From contig OZ255836.1 in assembly GCA_965277715.1 (NCBI GenBank), positions 1,888,001 to 1,952,000 on the forward strand: a stretch of 64,000 nt of DNA. Reading direction: 5' to 3'. Every line of letters starts with the position of its first letter. Position 1 is the first letter of the stretch. Below are positions 50,243 through 61,519 of the stretch, one piece after another. Made by a program: the position numbers and the translations under genes. The notes under the pieces are model-generated. The model was not told where the DNA came from. It made no database searches and saw only the letters and a program-made list of their open reading frames with translations. This DNA is from Gammaproteobacteria bacterium. Lineage in GTDB: Bacteria; Pseudomonadota; Gammaproteobacteria; JBCCGL01.

Positions 50243-50818
50243 TTATCGTGCCGTGTAATAAATAACAATTGCGGTAAAGAGTAAAACAGTGACCCAACCC
50301 AGCCATTCAATATACTTTCGAACAACTGGCTCCAGTTTTGGGCCAAACACCGCCACAACTTTTGCCACCAGATAAAACCGTGCCCCACGGGCGACCAGCG
50401 AGGCAAACACAAAAGGTAGCAACCCCAACGACAATGCCCCCGCTGCAACAGTGAATAACTTATAAGGCAATGGTGAAAACCCAGCAATAAAAATCACCCA
50501 AAAGCCCCACTGATCAAACCACCCAATAATCCGTTGATATTTTGCCCAATAACCCAATTCGTGTAGCCAGGGTGCCAACAACTCAAACCCATAGCTCCCT
50601 AGAAAATAACCGACCAGACCACCGGCAACGGATGCAACAGTCGTTAGCAGAGCCAGATAGAACGCACGCTTAGGTGAACGCAATACAATCGGCACCAACA
50701 TAACATCTGTTGGAATGGGAAAGAAAATCGACTCCGAGAAACTAAATAACAACAAAATCCTTACCGCATAGCGGTGCTCAGCCCAAGCCAGAACACGGTT
50801 ATAAAGCGATTCAAACAT
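50243..50818 (-). CDS. yqaA: YqaA/DedA family membrane protein
   Basis: SFSESIFFPIPTD, GFSPLPYK, RGARF. Confidence 0.88.
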   Translation of the reverse strand: MFESLYNRVLAWAEHRYAVRILLLFSFSESIFFPIPTDVMLVPIVLRSPKRAFYLALLTTVASVAGGLVGYFLGSYGFELLAPWLHELGYWAKYQRIIGWFDQWGFWVIFIAGFSPLPYKLFTVAAGALSLGLLPFVFASLVARGARFYLVAKVVAVFGPKLEPVVRKYIEWLGWVTVLLFTAIVIYYTAR

Positions 50819-50821
50819 AAC

Positions 50822-51499
50822 TCAAGCGCTGACTTTGCCAGGTAAAAAAGGGACAAAGTTAACGCTTTCAACCATTTTTTGTACATACCCATCGGATTGC
50901 CGAAGCACCTGTAACAGCGACTGTGCCTCGCCCTGCCTGCCAACCGGGATGATCAGCTTACCGCCTATCGCCAGTTGATCGAGTAGCGAACCGGGGATAC
51001 TTTCCGGGGCGGCGGTCACCACAATGGCATCATACGGTGCGTGTACCTGCCAACCCCACCCACCATCGGCATTATTGGTTTTAATGTTGTTATATTTAAG
51101 CGTATAAAACAGCGTGCGGGATTTTTTCAGCAAATCATCAATGCGCTCAACAGTGAACACCTGGGGTACTAACTGGGCTAACAAAGCCGCTTGATACCCT
51201 GACCCCGTACCGACCTCAAGCACCTTATGTGGTATGCCATCCTCCAGTATCGATTGTGTCATTAATGCCACCACATACGGTTGGGAGATAGTCTGGCCGT
51301 GCCCAATGGGCAGGGCAGTATCTTCGTAGGCACGGGTCTCAATCGCCTCATCGACAAATAAATGACGGGGCACGCGTGCCATTGCCGACAAGACACGCTC
51401 ATCGATAATCCCCTTTTCGCGCAACCTATCCACCAACCGCATCCGGGTGCGCTTTGAGGTCATGCCGATACCATCGATTTTCTGTTGCGCTATCATCAT
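50822..51499 (-). CDS. pcm: Protein-L-isoaspartate O-methyltransferase
   Basis: [32 protein letters not shown]. Confidence 0.96.
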   Translation of the reverse strand: MMIAQQKIDGIGMTSKRTRMRLVDRLREKGIIDERVLSAMARVPRHLFVDEAIETRAYEDTALPIGHGQTISQPYVVALMTQSILEDGIPHKVLEVGTGSGYQAALLAQLVPQVFTVERIDDLLKKSRTLFYTLKYNNIKTNNADGGWGWQVHAPYDAIVVTAAPESIPGSLLDQLAIGGKLIIPVGRQGEAQSLLQVLRQSDGYVQKMVESVNFVPFLPGKVSA

Positions 51500-52245
51500 T
51501 CCGCCAACCCCAGCCAGTGGTCGATGCCCTCAAGCGCATCGTGTTTAGTCATATCGATGTGAAGTGGGGTAATGGAAACAAAGCCATTGTTGACGGCGTG
51601 AAAATCGGTGCCTGCCTCCTGGTTATCAACCCTGCCCGGTGGCCCCAGCCAATAAACTTTGTCGCCGCGTGGGTCGTGTGATTCGACAAAGGCACCGGGC
51701 TTATAGCGGCGCCCCAACCGGGTGGCACGCATGCCCTTGAGTTGTTCAATGGGAACATCGGGTATATTGACGTTCAGAACTGTGCCCGCTGGCAATGGGT
51801 TCGCGAGTAATTGTTTGAGCAGGTTTGCCGCGACCAGGCCACCCGTTGCATAGTGGCGTGGTGTATAACTGCTCATTGAAAATGCCACGGCGGGGTAATC
51901 CAGAAAACGCCCTTCGACAGCAGCGGCAACAGTGCCGGAATACAGCACATCGTCCCCCATATTCATCCCGGAGTTGATACCACTCACCACCATATTGGGC
52001 GGCGTATCCAATAGTCCGCCAGTCGCCAGGTGAACACAGTCGGTGGGTGTGCCGTCAACCGCGATAAACCCATTCGCCTGGGTAGTCGCACGCAACGGTT
52101 TGCGCACGGTCAATGCGTGGCTTACAGCACTGCGGTTGCGATCCGGCGCGACCACGACACAATCGGCGAGCCGACATAATGACTGATGAAGCGCCAAAAG
52201 ACCCTCGGCCTGGTGGCCATCATCATTGGAAATCAGTATTTTCAT
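51496..52245 (-). CDS. surE: 5'/3'-nucleotidase SurE
   Basis: [28 protein letters not shown]. Confidence 0.97.
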   Translation of the reverse strand: MKILISNDDGHQAEGLLALHQSLCRLADCVVVAPDRNRSAVSHALTVRKPLRATTQANGFIAVDGTPTDCVHLATGGLLDTPPNMVVSGINSGMNMGDDVLYSGTVAAAVEGRFLDYPAVAFSMSSYTPRHYATGGLVAANLLKQLLANPLPAGTVLNVNIPDVPIEQLKGMRATRLGRRYKPGAFVESHDPRGDKVYWLGPPGRVDNQEAGTDFHAVNNGFVSITPLHIDMTKHDALEGIDHWLGLAE

Positions 52246-52323
52246 TTAACCTGGCAGTGTAGTTTTTTTGCCGTATTTTATCAGGTTGCACACGTTGTAG
52301 GGCGGCTACATAATAGATTCGGC

Positions 52324-53289
52324 ATGATTATCGAAAGTCAATTTAAACCCGCCTGGTGGCTGCGCAACGCGCATGCACAAACACTCTGGTCAGGTTTCTT
52401 CCGCCGCACGCCAACCCCAACCAACCGGCACGAACGACTTGAACTACCAGATGGTGACTTTGTAGACTTGAATTTCTCCGGCGGTGATGCCGATACGCTG
52501 GTCTGTCTCTTTCACGGTTTGCAGGGGTGTATTCATTCACCGTATATTCGCGGCATAATGTCGGCATTGGCACAGCGCGGTTACCGTTCTGTGCTCATGC
52601 ATTTTCGCGGTTGTAGTGGTGTGCCAAATCGGCTGATAAGCAGTTACCACTCAGGCCATACCGATGATATGGCGTATTTATTTTCCACCTTGCGCAAGCG
52701 TTACCCCGCTATAAAGTTATGCGCTATTGGCTACTCTCTGGGTGCAAATGCCCTGTTAAAATATCAAGGCGAGCAGGGCAGTAATTCTCTATTGGATCTG
52801 GCTATCGCAATTTCCCCGCCCTTTTTATTGGCGTCGGGTGCGAATCGAATGAATAAAGGGTTTTCAAGTATTTACCAGTGGCACCTGGTAAATCTGCTAA
52901 AAAAATCGGTGGCGAAAAAAATGGCTTTATTGGATAACTATCCCGTCAAACAGGATGATGTAAAGCGTGTGCGCAGTTTCTGGGAATTTGATAACGTGGT
53001 CACCGCACCATTGCACGGTTTTAGTGGCGTGGATGAATATTACCAAAAATCGAGTTGCCGACAGTATTTGCGCTCGATTTACCGGGCTACACATATTATC
53101 CATGCACTGGATGATCCTTTATTTGATGAGCACATGATTCCAGGCGCTTTGGAATTATCCAGTTCGGTCACACTGGAGTTATCACAATACGGGGGGCATA
53201 TCGGGTTTATCGATGGCAACTTTCCAGGGCAGCCTGGCTATTGGCTCGATAGGCAGTTATGTCATTTACTGGACGTGCATTACCGATAA
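52324..53289 (+). CDS. YheT-family alpha/beta hydrolase
   Basis: NAHAQT, FHGLQG, FRGCSG, GYSLG, GGHIGF. Confidence 0.9.
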   Translation: MIIESQFKPAWWLRNAHAQTLWSGFFRRTPTPTNRHERLELPDGDFVDLNFSGGDADTLVCLFHGLQGCIHSPYIRGIMSALAQRGYRSVLMHFRGCSGVPNRLISSYHSGHTDDMAYLFSTLRKRYPAIKLCAIGYSLGANALLKYQGEQGSNSLLDLAIAISPPFLLASGANRMNKGFSSIYQWHLVNLLKKSVAKKMALLDNYPVKQDDVKRVRSFWEFDNVVTAPLHGFSGVDEYYQKSSCRQYLRSIYRATHIIHALDDPLFDEHMIPGALELSSSVTLELSQYGGHIGFIDGNFPGQPGYWLDRQLCHLLDVHYR

Positions 53290-53427
53290 GGAACGTGTAT
53301 AAAATAAGTTCCGGGACGCGTAAATGCACCAATTTACCTTATGGCTGAGTCGCCGTGAGTGTACTATTAAAAAATGACACACTATTGAAATAATATAATA
53401 AAAACGGAAGTTGTTTCGTGCACGTTC

Positions 53428-55047
53428 CTAAGCACTCGCTGATTTGGCAATTTTCTCAACAAACAGACCACCGTTACCTGCTTTCTGCTGAGGCATATTT
53501 TGTTGTGAAGCCCGTCGTTTTTTTGCAGCAAGCTGCGTATTGCTCACCTGAGAAATTGCCTTGCCGGTAAAAAACACCAGAGATTTCGTCTCCTTATACG
53601 CTTGTTCGTCAATCGATACCTCACCACCAACACAATCAGAATACACTAACCCCAATGGGCGATTACCACAAAAAAGCGATGTACAAATAAAATCTTCAGA
53701 ACACATACTGTGAAAAAAACCATCTGGAATTAAAGGGCGAAATTTAATGAAATTTTCAGCATTAATCCAAACACTGCCAGGTTTTTTCATCAACGAAGTA
53801 AATAAAGTATTACCAACACAGGAAAACCGAACCTTTTTAGCCAATGCAGCATCGACACCCTTAGACATTTTTACAGATAGATTTTCACGACCCGCATCAA
53901 ACATGGCAAAAGCTACGCGCTGCATATTGACCCCTTTATGCAACCCATCAATCATTGTATTGATCAACTCAGTAGCATTTGATTCGCCTGATATTGCACG
54001 CGCTTTAATTTTCTCAATACCCTGCGCATAAATTTTACTACGCTGTATTTTCTGCAAATCCTCTTCCCGGTTAGTTTCTATTGCCGCTTCAGTACTGGGG
54101 TTAGCCGTATCGGCCACATCAGATTCAGCCACCGCATTACGTTTTGCATTGTGTTTATCAGCGCATTCGCGTACCTCGTATGCCTCCTGCACCAGTTGCG
54201 CGGCAAACACAGGCGGTGCATGCAACAAAGACTGTCGTGCGATAGTTAATGTAGTTTGATACAGTTCACGGCATACGCGGTCAGGGCTTATATTCAAGTA
54301 ATCGGCGATGAGCGCCTGGCACTCGGCCATATCACGGTGGTGCCAACCAAATTCAGCCAACCGCACACACTCCGACGCTAACATAACACCTTGTGCACGG
54401 TAAAAATGGTAGCGTTGGGGGTTCATTGCATCGATGATTATATCGGCCAGAAACCAGTGCTGGGCAAGCTGCTCGCTCAGTTGCAGTAAACTAAAACCGA
54501 GCACTTGAATTGACGCAGACGACTGTGAAATATGTTTTTCACTGGCACAAAGGCGAATTTTTTCAAATATATCATGGTGGTGAACACAGAGCGCAAGCTC
54601 GCCTATATCCCTGAGTAAAGCCGCTACCCTGGGCTCTTCCGGCACCGGGTCATTTCTTAGTTTTGCCCAGTTATTGGAGAATTCAGCCGCGTGAAGTGAT
54701 CGATCAAGTAGTTGATAGTAATCGGACACTGTTTTTTCATCGGTAATTTTATGCTCCAGTACACTGACATGGCCAATCAGGTTGCTTACTGCATTTTCAC
54801 CCATTAAATTTATCGCGCTGATAACCGAAGAAATTTCCAGTGGATTTTCGGATTTGGAACGAATTCGGTTGACCCGGCGCAATACCAGCATACTCAAAGC
54901 CGGATCCAACATAATTAAATCAGCGGCAGCAGCTAAGCTACGTTTATTATACTTTAGCAGGCGTTGGCAGGTGGCAAAGCGGTTTTCAGCGACCGGAAGT
55001 GGTTTGTCCGCGAGCTTTCTGGCAAAAATATCGAGATCGTTCTTCAT
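53428..55047 (-). CDS. HDOD domain protein with C-terminal GAF-like region
   Basis: IMLDPALS, AINLMG, ALLRDIGEL, QLAQHW; C-terminal PLGLVYSD. Confidence 0.8.
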   Translation of the reverse strand: MKNDLDIFARKLADKPLPVAENRFATCQRLLKYNKRSLAAAADLIMLDPALSMLVLRRVNRIRSKSENPLEISSVISAINLMGENAVSNLIGHVSVLEHKITDEKTVSDYYQLLDRSLHAAEFSNNWAKLRNDPVPEEPRVAALLRDIGELALCVHHHDIFEKIRLCASEKHISQSSASIQVLGFSLLQLSEQLAQHWFLADIIIDAMNPQRYHFYRAQGVMLASECVRLAEFGWHHRDMAECQALIADYLNISPDRVCRELYQTTLTIARQSLLHAPPVFAAQLVQEAYEVRECADKHNAKRNAVAESDVADTANPSTEAAIETNREEDLQKIQRSKIYAQGIEKIKARAISGESNATELINTMIDGLHKGVNMQRVAFAMFDAGRENLSVKMSKGVDAALAKKVRFSCVGNTLFTSLMKKPGSVWINAENFIKFRPLIPDGFFHSMCSEDFICTSLFCGNRPLGLVYSDCVGGEVSIDEQAYKETKSLVFFTGKAISQVSNTQLAAKKRRASQQNMPQQKAGNGGLFVEKIAKSASA

Positions 55048-55094
55048 TGAAATACTATCACCAAATTCAATTAGCTAGGTCATACCAGGTATTT

Positions 55095-55712
55095 TTATGC
55101 GGTCGTACTGGGGGTATTTTTTGGTTGAAGCGATTTCATTTTCAGATAGTGGATGTGCCCTATTAATGCCTCGCGGTCGGTTTCATCAATACAGGTAAAT
55201 TTTGCACCCGTTGAAAAATTACCCAACAGCCGACCACTACCGGCCACATTACAATTAATGGTTTCGACAATTGCCATCATGCGCAAACGCCCAGGAAAAA
55301 ACTGCATTTTTAAAATATAGTGCTGGCCGATTGGCGACAAGGCATCTGTACCAAAGTTAATGCCGCTGGCAGAGATATTTACTCTATGGGTAGGAAACGG
55401 TTCCAATTGAACGCTGCGCCCGATAACGGTGTTGGCCAGCATATCGATGCGTGACTCCAATCCCGTTAAATATTCAACCACTTCAGGGTATCGCTCCTGT
55501 AAACCCTGCATTACCAGTGCACTTTTTTCTTGCTCCTGACGGATATAATACGGCAACATAAAGTGATGGCGCTCATGGTCAAAGTTTTCTATCGCTGCGC
55601 TCAATTCCTCTTCAGGCAAGGCATTAACATTGAGGGAAATCGCATCGTATATGCGGATATGCTGTCGCTTTTCTTCAGCTTTTTGTGGTTTTTCATTCAT
55701 ACATTTCTCCAC
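55095..55712 (-). CDS. PilZ domain protein
   Basis: RQHIR (RxxxR) and NISASG (D/NxSxxG). Confidence 0.8.
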   Translation of the reverse strand: MEKCMNEKPQKAEEKRQHIRIYDAISLNVNALPEEELSAAIENFDHERHHFMLPYYIRQEQEKSALVMQGLQERYPEVVEYLTGLESRIDMLANTVIGRSVQLEPFPTHRVNISASGINFGTDALSPIGQHYILKMQFFPGRLRMMAIVETINCNVAGSGRLLGNFSTGAKFTCIDETDREALIGHIHYLKMKSLQPKNTPSTTA

Positions 55713-55747
55713 TATGTGAATTTAAACGGCACTCAACCAAAATCATC

Positions 55748-56626
55748 TTATTGCCCCAGTTTAGATTTAATTGCCGACTGAGTGCTTTCATCGCCTATCA
55801 CCAGAATCTCCACACGACGGTTTTTTGCCCGGTTTGCGTTCGTTTTGTTGTCGACAAGCGGTAACATATCCGCATGGGCACGAATTTCTACACGTTGAGG
55901 TGAAACGCCGCCCTTGGATGTCATAAAGTGCACAACATTAGCAGCACGCGCAGCAGACAAAATCCAGTTAGAGGGAAATATTCTTGTTCGAATAGGTATA
56001 TTATCGGTATGCCCCGCTACCGAAATTTTTCCTTCTATTGTATTTAAGGCTTTACTCACACGCTGCATAACAGGGTAAAATTCTTTTTGTATTTCGGCAC
56101 TGCCTGATGAAAAAGACCCTTTCTCGCGGATGCGTATAACAATTTGTGTATCCTGCGTATCTACTTCGACCAACCCTTCCTCGATTTCTTTTTTCAATGC
56201 CTCCTTTATTTCCTCCGCTTTTTGCCTGGCCTTTTCAGCCAATTCTTCTTTCAAATTTTCCATATCCATACTGCCAGCATTTTTTGATGCATTATTCTTG
56301 GTTTCTGAATCGGTAAAATCCAAATTTTGTTTAAACTCTTTGGTCGTCACCTGGCGCACTTCGGGGATCGGTGTCGGTTTTGGCTTGCCAGGGCTGAATT
56401 CTTTGGCAATAACGCTTGTGCCTTTCGGTATTTCATCTGCTTTTATTTCACGCTGTACACCAAAAGCGAATTTCATCGAACCGGCAACCTGTTTGTACTT
56501 AAGTACGTCCATCTCGGAAAACGACAGTAGCAATACAAAGAAACACATTAGCAATGACATTAAATCGGCAAATGTCATAATCCAGCCAGCGGCCACTTCA
56601 CATTTTGGGCAATCGTCCTCTTCCAC
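55748..56626 (-). CDS. motB: Flagellar stator protein PomB/MotB
   Basis: WIMTFADLMSLLMCFFVLL; OmpA domain GHTDN, NWILSAARA, NRRVEI. Confidence 0.93.
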   Translation of the reverse strand: MEEDDCPKCEVAAGWIMTFADLMSLLMCFFVLLLSFSEMDVLKYKQVAGSMKFAFGVQREIKADEIPKGTSVIAKEFSPGKPKPTPIPEVRQVTTKEFKQNLDFTDSETKNNASKNAGSMDMENLKEELAEKARQKAEEIKEALKKEIEEGLVEVDTQDTQIVIRIREKGSFSSGSAEIQKEFYPVMQRVSKALNTIEGKISVAGHTDNIPIRTRIFPSNWILSAARAANVVHFMTSKGGVSPQRVEIRAHADMLPLVDNKTNANRAKNRRVEILVIGDESTQSAIKSKLGQ

Positions 56627-56665
56627 GGCTATATCACTCGCATTCGTCGTTGAAAGACCACTGAA

Positions 56666-57427
56666 TTACTTCGCTTCACTGGATTCGCGTTTACTTTCTG
56701 GCAGGAAGGCAAACAGTATTTGTTCGAGCACACGCGGGTTCATACCCTCCTGGATACCGGAAATGGATTCAAGGATGAGTACTTTATTGAGCTTTTCCTC
56801 GTTGTTTCTCAAGCTCAGTTTGTCTGCCATTGGCAGTGCCACGGCATTTGAAATGATCGCGCCATAGAGTGTTGTCAGTAGCGCAACAGCCATCGATGGC
56901 CCGATTGTTTTAGGGTCGTCCATATTGGCCAACATCGATACCAAACCAATCAGTGTACCGATCATTCCCATGGCGGGCGCCGCATCACCCGATGCTTTAA
57001 ACATGCCAATCCCGACATCGTGCCGCTCTATGGTCAGGTTGATGTCTTTGGCGAGCATTTTTTGCACAACTTCTGGTGGGTGTCCGTCGATACACAAACC
57101 AATTCCCTTTTTCAGAAATGGGTGGGTAATCTCTTTGCCCTCCAGGGCCAAAACGCCTTCTTTGCGGGCGATGTTTGCCAGGTCAACCGCTTCGGTAATT
57201 AAGTGATTGGGTGAGATGCTTTTAAATAAGAACGATTTCATCGCGATTTTAAAAGACCCGATAAACTGGCCTAAGGTAAAGCGAAACAGGGTGGCAAAGA
57301 TGGTTCCACCGATGACGATGACCAATGATGGTGTATCGACGAACCCCATTAGGTCGCCACCGAGGAGAATTGCCATAACAATTACTCCAAGTGCACCTAG
57401 AAGCCCGATAATTGTGGCTAAGTCCAC
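56666..57427 (-). CDS. pomA: Flagellar stator protein PomA/MotA
   Basis: MDLATIIG, ARKEGVLALE, APAMGMIGTLIGLV, MAVALLTTLYG. Confidence 0.93.
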   Translation of the reverse strand: MDLATIIGLLGALGVIVMAILLGGDLMGFVDTPSLVIVIGGTIFATLFRFTLGQFIGSFKIAMKSFLFKSISPNHLITEAVDLANIARKEGVLALEGKEITHPFLKKGIGLCIDGHPPEVVQKMLAKDINLTIERHDVGIGMFKASGDAAPAMGMIGTLIGLVSMLANMDDPKTIGPSMAVALLTTLYGAIISNAVALPMADKLSLRNNEEKLNKVLILESISGIQEGMNPRVLEQILFAFLPESKRESSEAK

Positions 57428-57702
57428 GGTATTACCCCTTTTGCATCGTTGTTTACATTTCGATGTGGCGCTTAGGCAATATGCCGGAGGCCAGGTATCG
57501 ACGGATTTGGTATTGACCCAGCAGTCATCGGCATGTGCGGTGTGTTCTTTAGGGGAATATTGGGTTTTCCCTGGTGGTTGGGTGGGTTTTTCCTGATGGT
57601 TGGGGTGGTAGGGAGAAGCTATAGGTGGTGCGTACTGAATGACTTAACGGGGGAGCTTTGTTAGAAAATCAGGTGGTAGTAAAGAATGTGGGAGGGGTTA
57701 CA

Positions 57703-57826
57703 GGGTTTCACTCGCGATGGTTTGGTGTTTTTCTTTACGCTTTGCAAAGCCAAGGCCCAAACACAGCTTTGCCTGGACAGTGGCTTTGCAGAGCGTATCA
57801 CTTGGCTATAAGCGATACGCCGCTAA
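57703..57826. repeat. Dispersed REP-like element with hairpins downstream of folD
   Basis: 57703-57754 is an inverted copy of 21328-21379; cgctttgcaaagcca/tggctttgcagagcg stem, then a gcgtatc/gatacgc stem. Confidence 0.7.
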
Positions 57827-57829
57827 AGA

Positions 57830-58708
57830 TTAGGCAGGTACTTCAACGCCATTCAGGCGGCAAGCCTGCTGCATGGCGTTGTGCAGTAATACGGCAATTG
57901 TCATGGGGCCAACGCCACCGGGTACCGGGGTAATCGCGCCCGCCACTTGCGCAGCGCTGGAAAATTCCACATCGCCCACTAGTTTGGCTTTGCCCTGCTC
58001 ACCATCAATGCGGTTGATGCCTACGTCGATCACGGTAGCGCCAGGTTTTATCCAGTCACCCTTCACCATTTCCGGACGGCCAACCGCAGCCACGACAATA
58101 TCGGCTTGCCGACACATGGCGGGCAGGTCTTTCGTGCGTGAATGTGCAACAGTCACCGTACAGTTTTCCTGCAATAACAAGGCGGCCATCGGTTTGCCGA
58201 CGATGTTTGAACGGCCGACGACAACGGCATGTTTACCCGACAAATCACCGAGCCGGTCTTTTAATAACATCAACGACCCCAGTGGAGTGCACGGTACAAT
58301 GCCTTCAGCACCAATCGACAGGCGGCCTACATTGGTCAGGTGAAAACCATCGACATCTTTATCAGCACTGATGGAATTGATTACCGCCTCAGAATCAATC
58401 TGCGCCGGGAGCGGCAGTTGCACCAGAATACCGTGTACTGCGCTGTCGTTATTCAGTTGATCGATCAGCGCCAGCAATGCCTGTTGTGTGGTTTCTACCG
58501 GCAGTTTGTGCTCATAGGAGTTCATGCCACACTCAATCGTTTGTTTGCCCTTGCTGCGCACATATACCTGGCTGGCCGGGTCTTCACCCACCAATACCAC
58601 GGCAAGGCCCGGGGTTATAGCGTGCTGTTGCCTTATCGCCGCCACTTTGCGGGTAATTTCCACGCGCAGGTCTGCGGCAAACGCTTTACCATCAATAATA
58701 TTGCTCAT
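57830..58708 (-). CDS. folD: Methylenetetrahydrofolate dehydrogenase/cyclohydrolase
   Basis: [32 protein letters not shown]. Confidence 0.98.
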   Translation of the reverse strand: MSNIIDGKAFAADLRVEITRKVAAIRQQHAITPGLAVVLVGEDPASQVYVRSKGKQTIECGMNSYEHKLPVETTQQALLALIDQLNNDSAVHGILVQLPLPAQIDSEAVINSISADKDVDGFHLTNVGRLSIGAEGIVPCTPLGSLMLLKDRLGDLSGKHAVVVGRSNIVGKPMAALLLQENCTVTVAHSRTKDLPAMCRQADIVVAAVGRPEMVKGDWIKPGATVIDVGINRIDGEQGKAKLVGDVEFSSAAQVAGAITPVPGGVGPMTIAVLLHNAMQQACRLNGVEVPA

Positions 58709-58765
58709 TTGTTTTCTCTCTACTTTCTTGATTCAGAGCGCAGGCAACCCGGATGGTGGTTGAAT

Positions 58766-61519
58766 TTAAGCAACCATCAGGTTAACAGCACAAAACTTGA
58801 ATTCGGGTATCTTCCCAAACGGGTCGAGGGCATCGGTGGTCAATAGGTTAGCCGCCGCTTCGTGGTAGCAAAATGGGATAAATATCTCCCCCGGGTTAAC
58901 CCCTGTATCACTGCGGGCAAAAGCGGTGATACGCCCACGGCGCGAGGCGACGTTAATTTCCCCCCCCGCCTCAAGCCCCAACGAAACCAGATCGGCCGGG
59001 TTTACCGATACCACCGGCACTGGCTCCAGGGCATCGAGTATATTGGTGCGGCGTGTCATCGATCCCGTGTGCCAGTGTTCGAGCTGGCGCCCGGTGATCA
59101 GGACAAAGGGGTAGTCATCACTCGGTTGTTCATGGGCGCTGATTAGCTGGGCAGGTACTAGCCGCGCCCGGCCACTCGCCGTCGGGAAGTCCTGTTTGAA
59201 CACGACCGTTTGGCCGGGGTCTTCGGCACTGGCACATGGGTAGGTTACCGAGCCCTGCTGGTTGAGACGCTCCCAGGTAATGCCGCTGATGCTGGGCATC
59301 GCGCCACGCATTTCCTCGTAGACTTCACTGATATGCTGGTATTGCCAATCCAGCCCTAAGCGCTGGGCAATGTCGCGAATGATCCATATATCCTGACGCG
59401 CTTCGCCCGGCATCGGCACCGCCGCCCGCCCCAGTTGCACACGCCGGTCAGTATTGGTGACCGTGCCGTCTTTCTCCGCCCAGCCAGAGGCCGGCAGTAT
59501 TACGTCGGCATAGGCACAGGTTTCGGTGAGGAAGATATCCTGCACCACCAGGTGTTTGAGTGCCGCCAATGCGGCCCGCGCATGGTTGAGGTTAGGGTCT
59601 GACATGGCTGGGTTTTCGCCCATGATGTACATCCCGCTGATACTGCCCTCAAGCGCGGCGTGCATGATTTCAACCACGGTCAACCCCGGTGTATTGTCCA
59701 GTGAAGCCCCCCAGTATTGTTCAAAGCGGGCGTGCACATCGGTATTGTCAACCCGTTGATAGTCGGGGAATACCATCGGTATCAAGCCGGCATCCGAAGC
59801 GCCCTGCACATTGTTTTGGCCGCGCAATGGGTGCAAACCAGTGCCGGGGCGACCAATCTGGCCGGTGATCATCGATAAGGCAATCAGGCAGCGGGCATTG
59901 TCGGTGCCGTGTATATGCTGGGAAATCCCCATTCCCCAAAAGATCATTGAGCTTTTTGAGGTGGCATACAGGTGCGCCACTTCACGCACGGTCTCTGCCG
60001 GTATGCCGGTAATCGCCGCCATTTTTTCCGGGCTGAAGTCGGCCACATTGGCTTTCAATGCCTCAAAATCGGTGGTGCGGTTGGCGATAAATTCATCGTC
60101 AGTCAGGCCATCGGCAATAATCACATGCAGCATTGAATTCAGCAGGGCGACATCGGTATCCGGTTTGAATTGCAAAAAGTGGCTGGCGTGGCGCGCCACG
60201 TCGGTGCGCCGGGGGTCCATCAGTATCAGTTTCTTACCCTGTTTTACCGCATTTTTCATAAATGTGGCCGCTACCGGGTGGTTGGTGGTTGGGTTTGAGC
60301 CAATGACCACGATCACTTCGGCATTCGCCACATCGTCGACTTGGTTGGATACAGCCCCCGAGCCAATACCTTCCAATAAGGCGACAACGCTGGAGGCGTG
60401 GCACAAGCGGGTACAGTGGTCGACATTGTTAATGCCAAACCCCACGCGCACCAGTTTTTGGAATAAATACGCTTCTTCATTGCTGCCTTTGGCCGAGCCA
60501 AAGCCTGCCAACTGTGAGCTGCCTTGTGTATCGCGAATCGCTTGTAAACCGCCAGCGGCAAGCTCCAGTGCCTCTTCCCAGCTCGCCTCGCGGAACATGG
60601 TCAGCGGGTTGGCGGGGTCGAAGTGTTCATTCAATCCCTTGGGTATACCCTCCCGCCGGATCAGGGGTGTGGTCAGCCGGTTGGGGTGGGCGACATAGTC
60701 GAAACCATAGCGCCCTTTCACACACAAGCGGCTAAAGTTGGCCGGGCCGTCACGGCCTTCGACACGGACGATCTTGTCGTCTTTGACGTGGTAGGTAAGC
60801 AGGCAGCCAACGCCGCAGTAAGGGCACACCGAATCGACTTTTTTCTCCGCTTCCACCAGGTGCGCACCACTGGCATTGCTCAGCGCCCCTGTTGGACAGG
60901 CGGCCACGCACTCGCCGCAGGCGACGCAGGAGCTTTGCCCCATTGGGTCGCCAATATCAAACACAATCTCCGCGTGGTGGCCCCGCTGGGCCAGGCCGAT
61001 CACGTCGTTCACCTGGGTCTCCCGGCAGGCGCGCAGGCAGCGTGTGCATTGAATGCAGGCGTCGAGGTTGACGGCGATGGCCGGGTGCGAGTAATCGGCC
61101 TTTGGTTGTTCACGCGGCGCAAAGCGCGGCGCGCCAACATCGAGTTTTTTCGCCCAGCCGGTGAGTTCATTATCCAGGGTATAGGTCTGCTCTGGCATAT
61201 CACCCAGCAACAGTTCGAGCACCAGCTTTTGCGATTTACGCGCACGGGCATTGTGTGTGTGCACCACCATGCCGGGGCTTGGTTCGCGGATACAACTGGG
61301 CGCGAGTACGCGCTCGCCTTCAATTTCGACAACACAGGCACGGCAGTTGCCATCGGCGCGCAAGCCGTCGGTGTAGCACAGGTGGGGAATTTCTGTACCC
61401 AGGCGTTGGGCCGCTTTGAGAATTGTTTCACCCGGCAGTGCTTCTACACTGTGGCCGTCGAGGGTAAAGGCGACCGGTTCCAGATCGGGTAGTGGGTTGA
61501 TTTGTGCGTTGCTCGCCAT
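58766..61519 (-). CDS. fdhF: Formate dehydrogenase alpha subunit (Mo/W-bis-PGD, Cys ligand)
   Basis: N-terminal 2Fe-2S and two 4Fe-4S motifs, CPYCGVGC, NVDHCTRLCHASS, PLRGQNNVQG, IPEFKFCA. Confidence 0.93.
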   Translation of the reverse strand: MASNAQINPLPDLEPVAFTLDGHSVEALPGETILKAAQRLGTEIPHLCYTDGLRADGNCRACVVEIEGERVLAPSCIREPSPGMVVHTHNARARKSQKLVLELLLGDMPEQTYTLDNELTGWAKKLDVGAPRFAPREQPKADYSHPAIAVNLDACIQCTRCLRACRETQVNDVIGLAQRGHHAEIVFDIGDPMGQSSCVACGECVAACPTGALSNASGAHLVEAEKKVDSVCPYCGVGCLLTYHVKDDKIVRVEGRDGPANFSRLCVKGRYGFDYVAHPNRLTTPLIRREGIPKGLNEHFDPANPLTMFREASWEEALELAAGGLQAIRDTQGSSQLAGFGSAKGSNEEAYLFQKLVRVGFGINNVDHCTRLCHASSVVALLEGIGSGAVSNQVDDVANAEVIVVIGSNPTTNHPVAATFMKNAVKQGKKLILMDPRRTDVARHASHFLQFKPDTDVALLNSMLHVIIADGLTDDEFIANRTTDFEALKANVADFSPEKMAAITGIPAETVREVAHLYATSKSSMIFWGMGISQHIHGTDNARCLIALSMITGQIGRPGTGLHPLRGQNNVQGASDAGLIPMVFPDYQRVDNTDVHARFEQYWGASLDNTPGLTVVEIMHAALEGSISGMYIMGENPAMSDPNLNHARAALAALKHLVVQDIFLTETCAYADVILPASGWAEKDGTVTNTDRRVQLGRAAVPMPGEARQDIWIIRDIAQRLGLDWQYQHISEVYEEMRGAMPSISGITWERLNQQGSVTYPCASAEDPGQTVVFKQDFPTASGRARLVPAQLISAHEQPSDDYPFVLITGRQLEHWHTGSMTRRTNILDALEPVPVVSVNPADLVSLGLEAGGEINVASRRGRITAFARSDTGVNPGEIFIPFCYHEAAANLLTTDALDPFGKIPEFKFCAVNLMVA

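Noticed and set aside
55748-57427. Zorya ZorAB defence system
   Set aside because: Sequences are typical short PomA/PomB with no ZorA long tail and no zorC/D/E nearby.
58766-61519. Selenocysteine-containing formate dehydrogenase
   Set aside because: The active-site residue is Cys (RLCHASS) and the ORF has no in-frame TGA.
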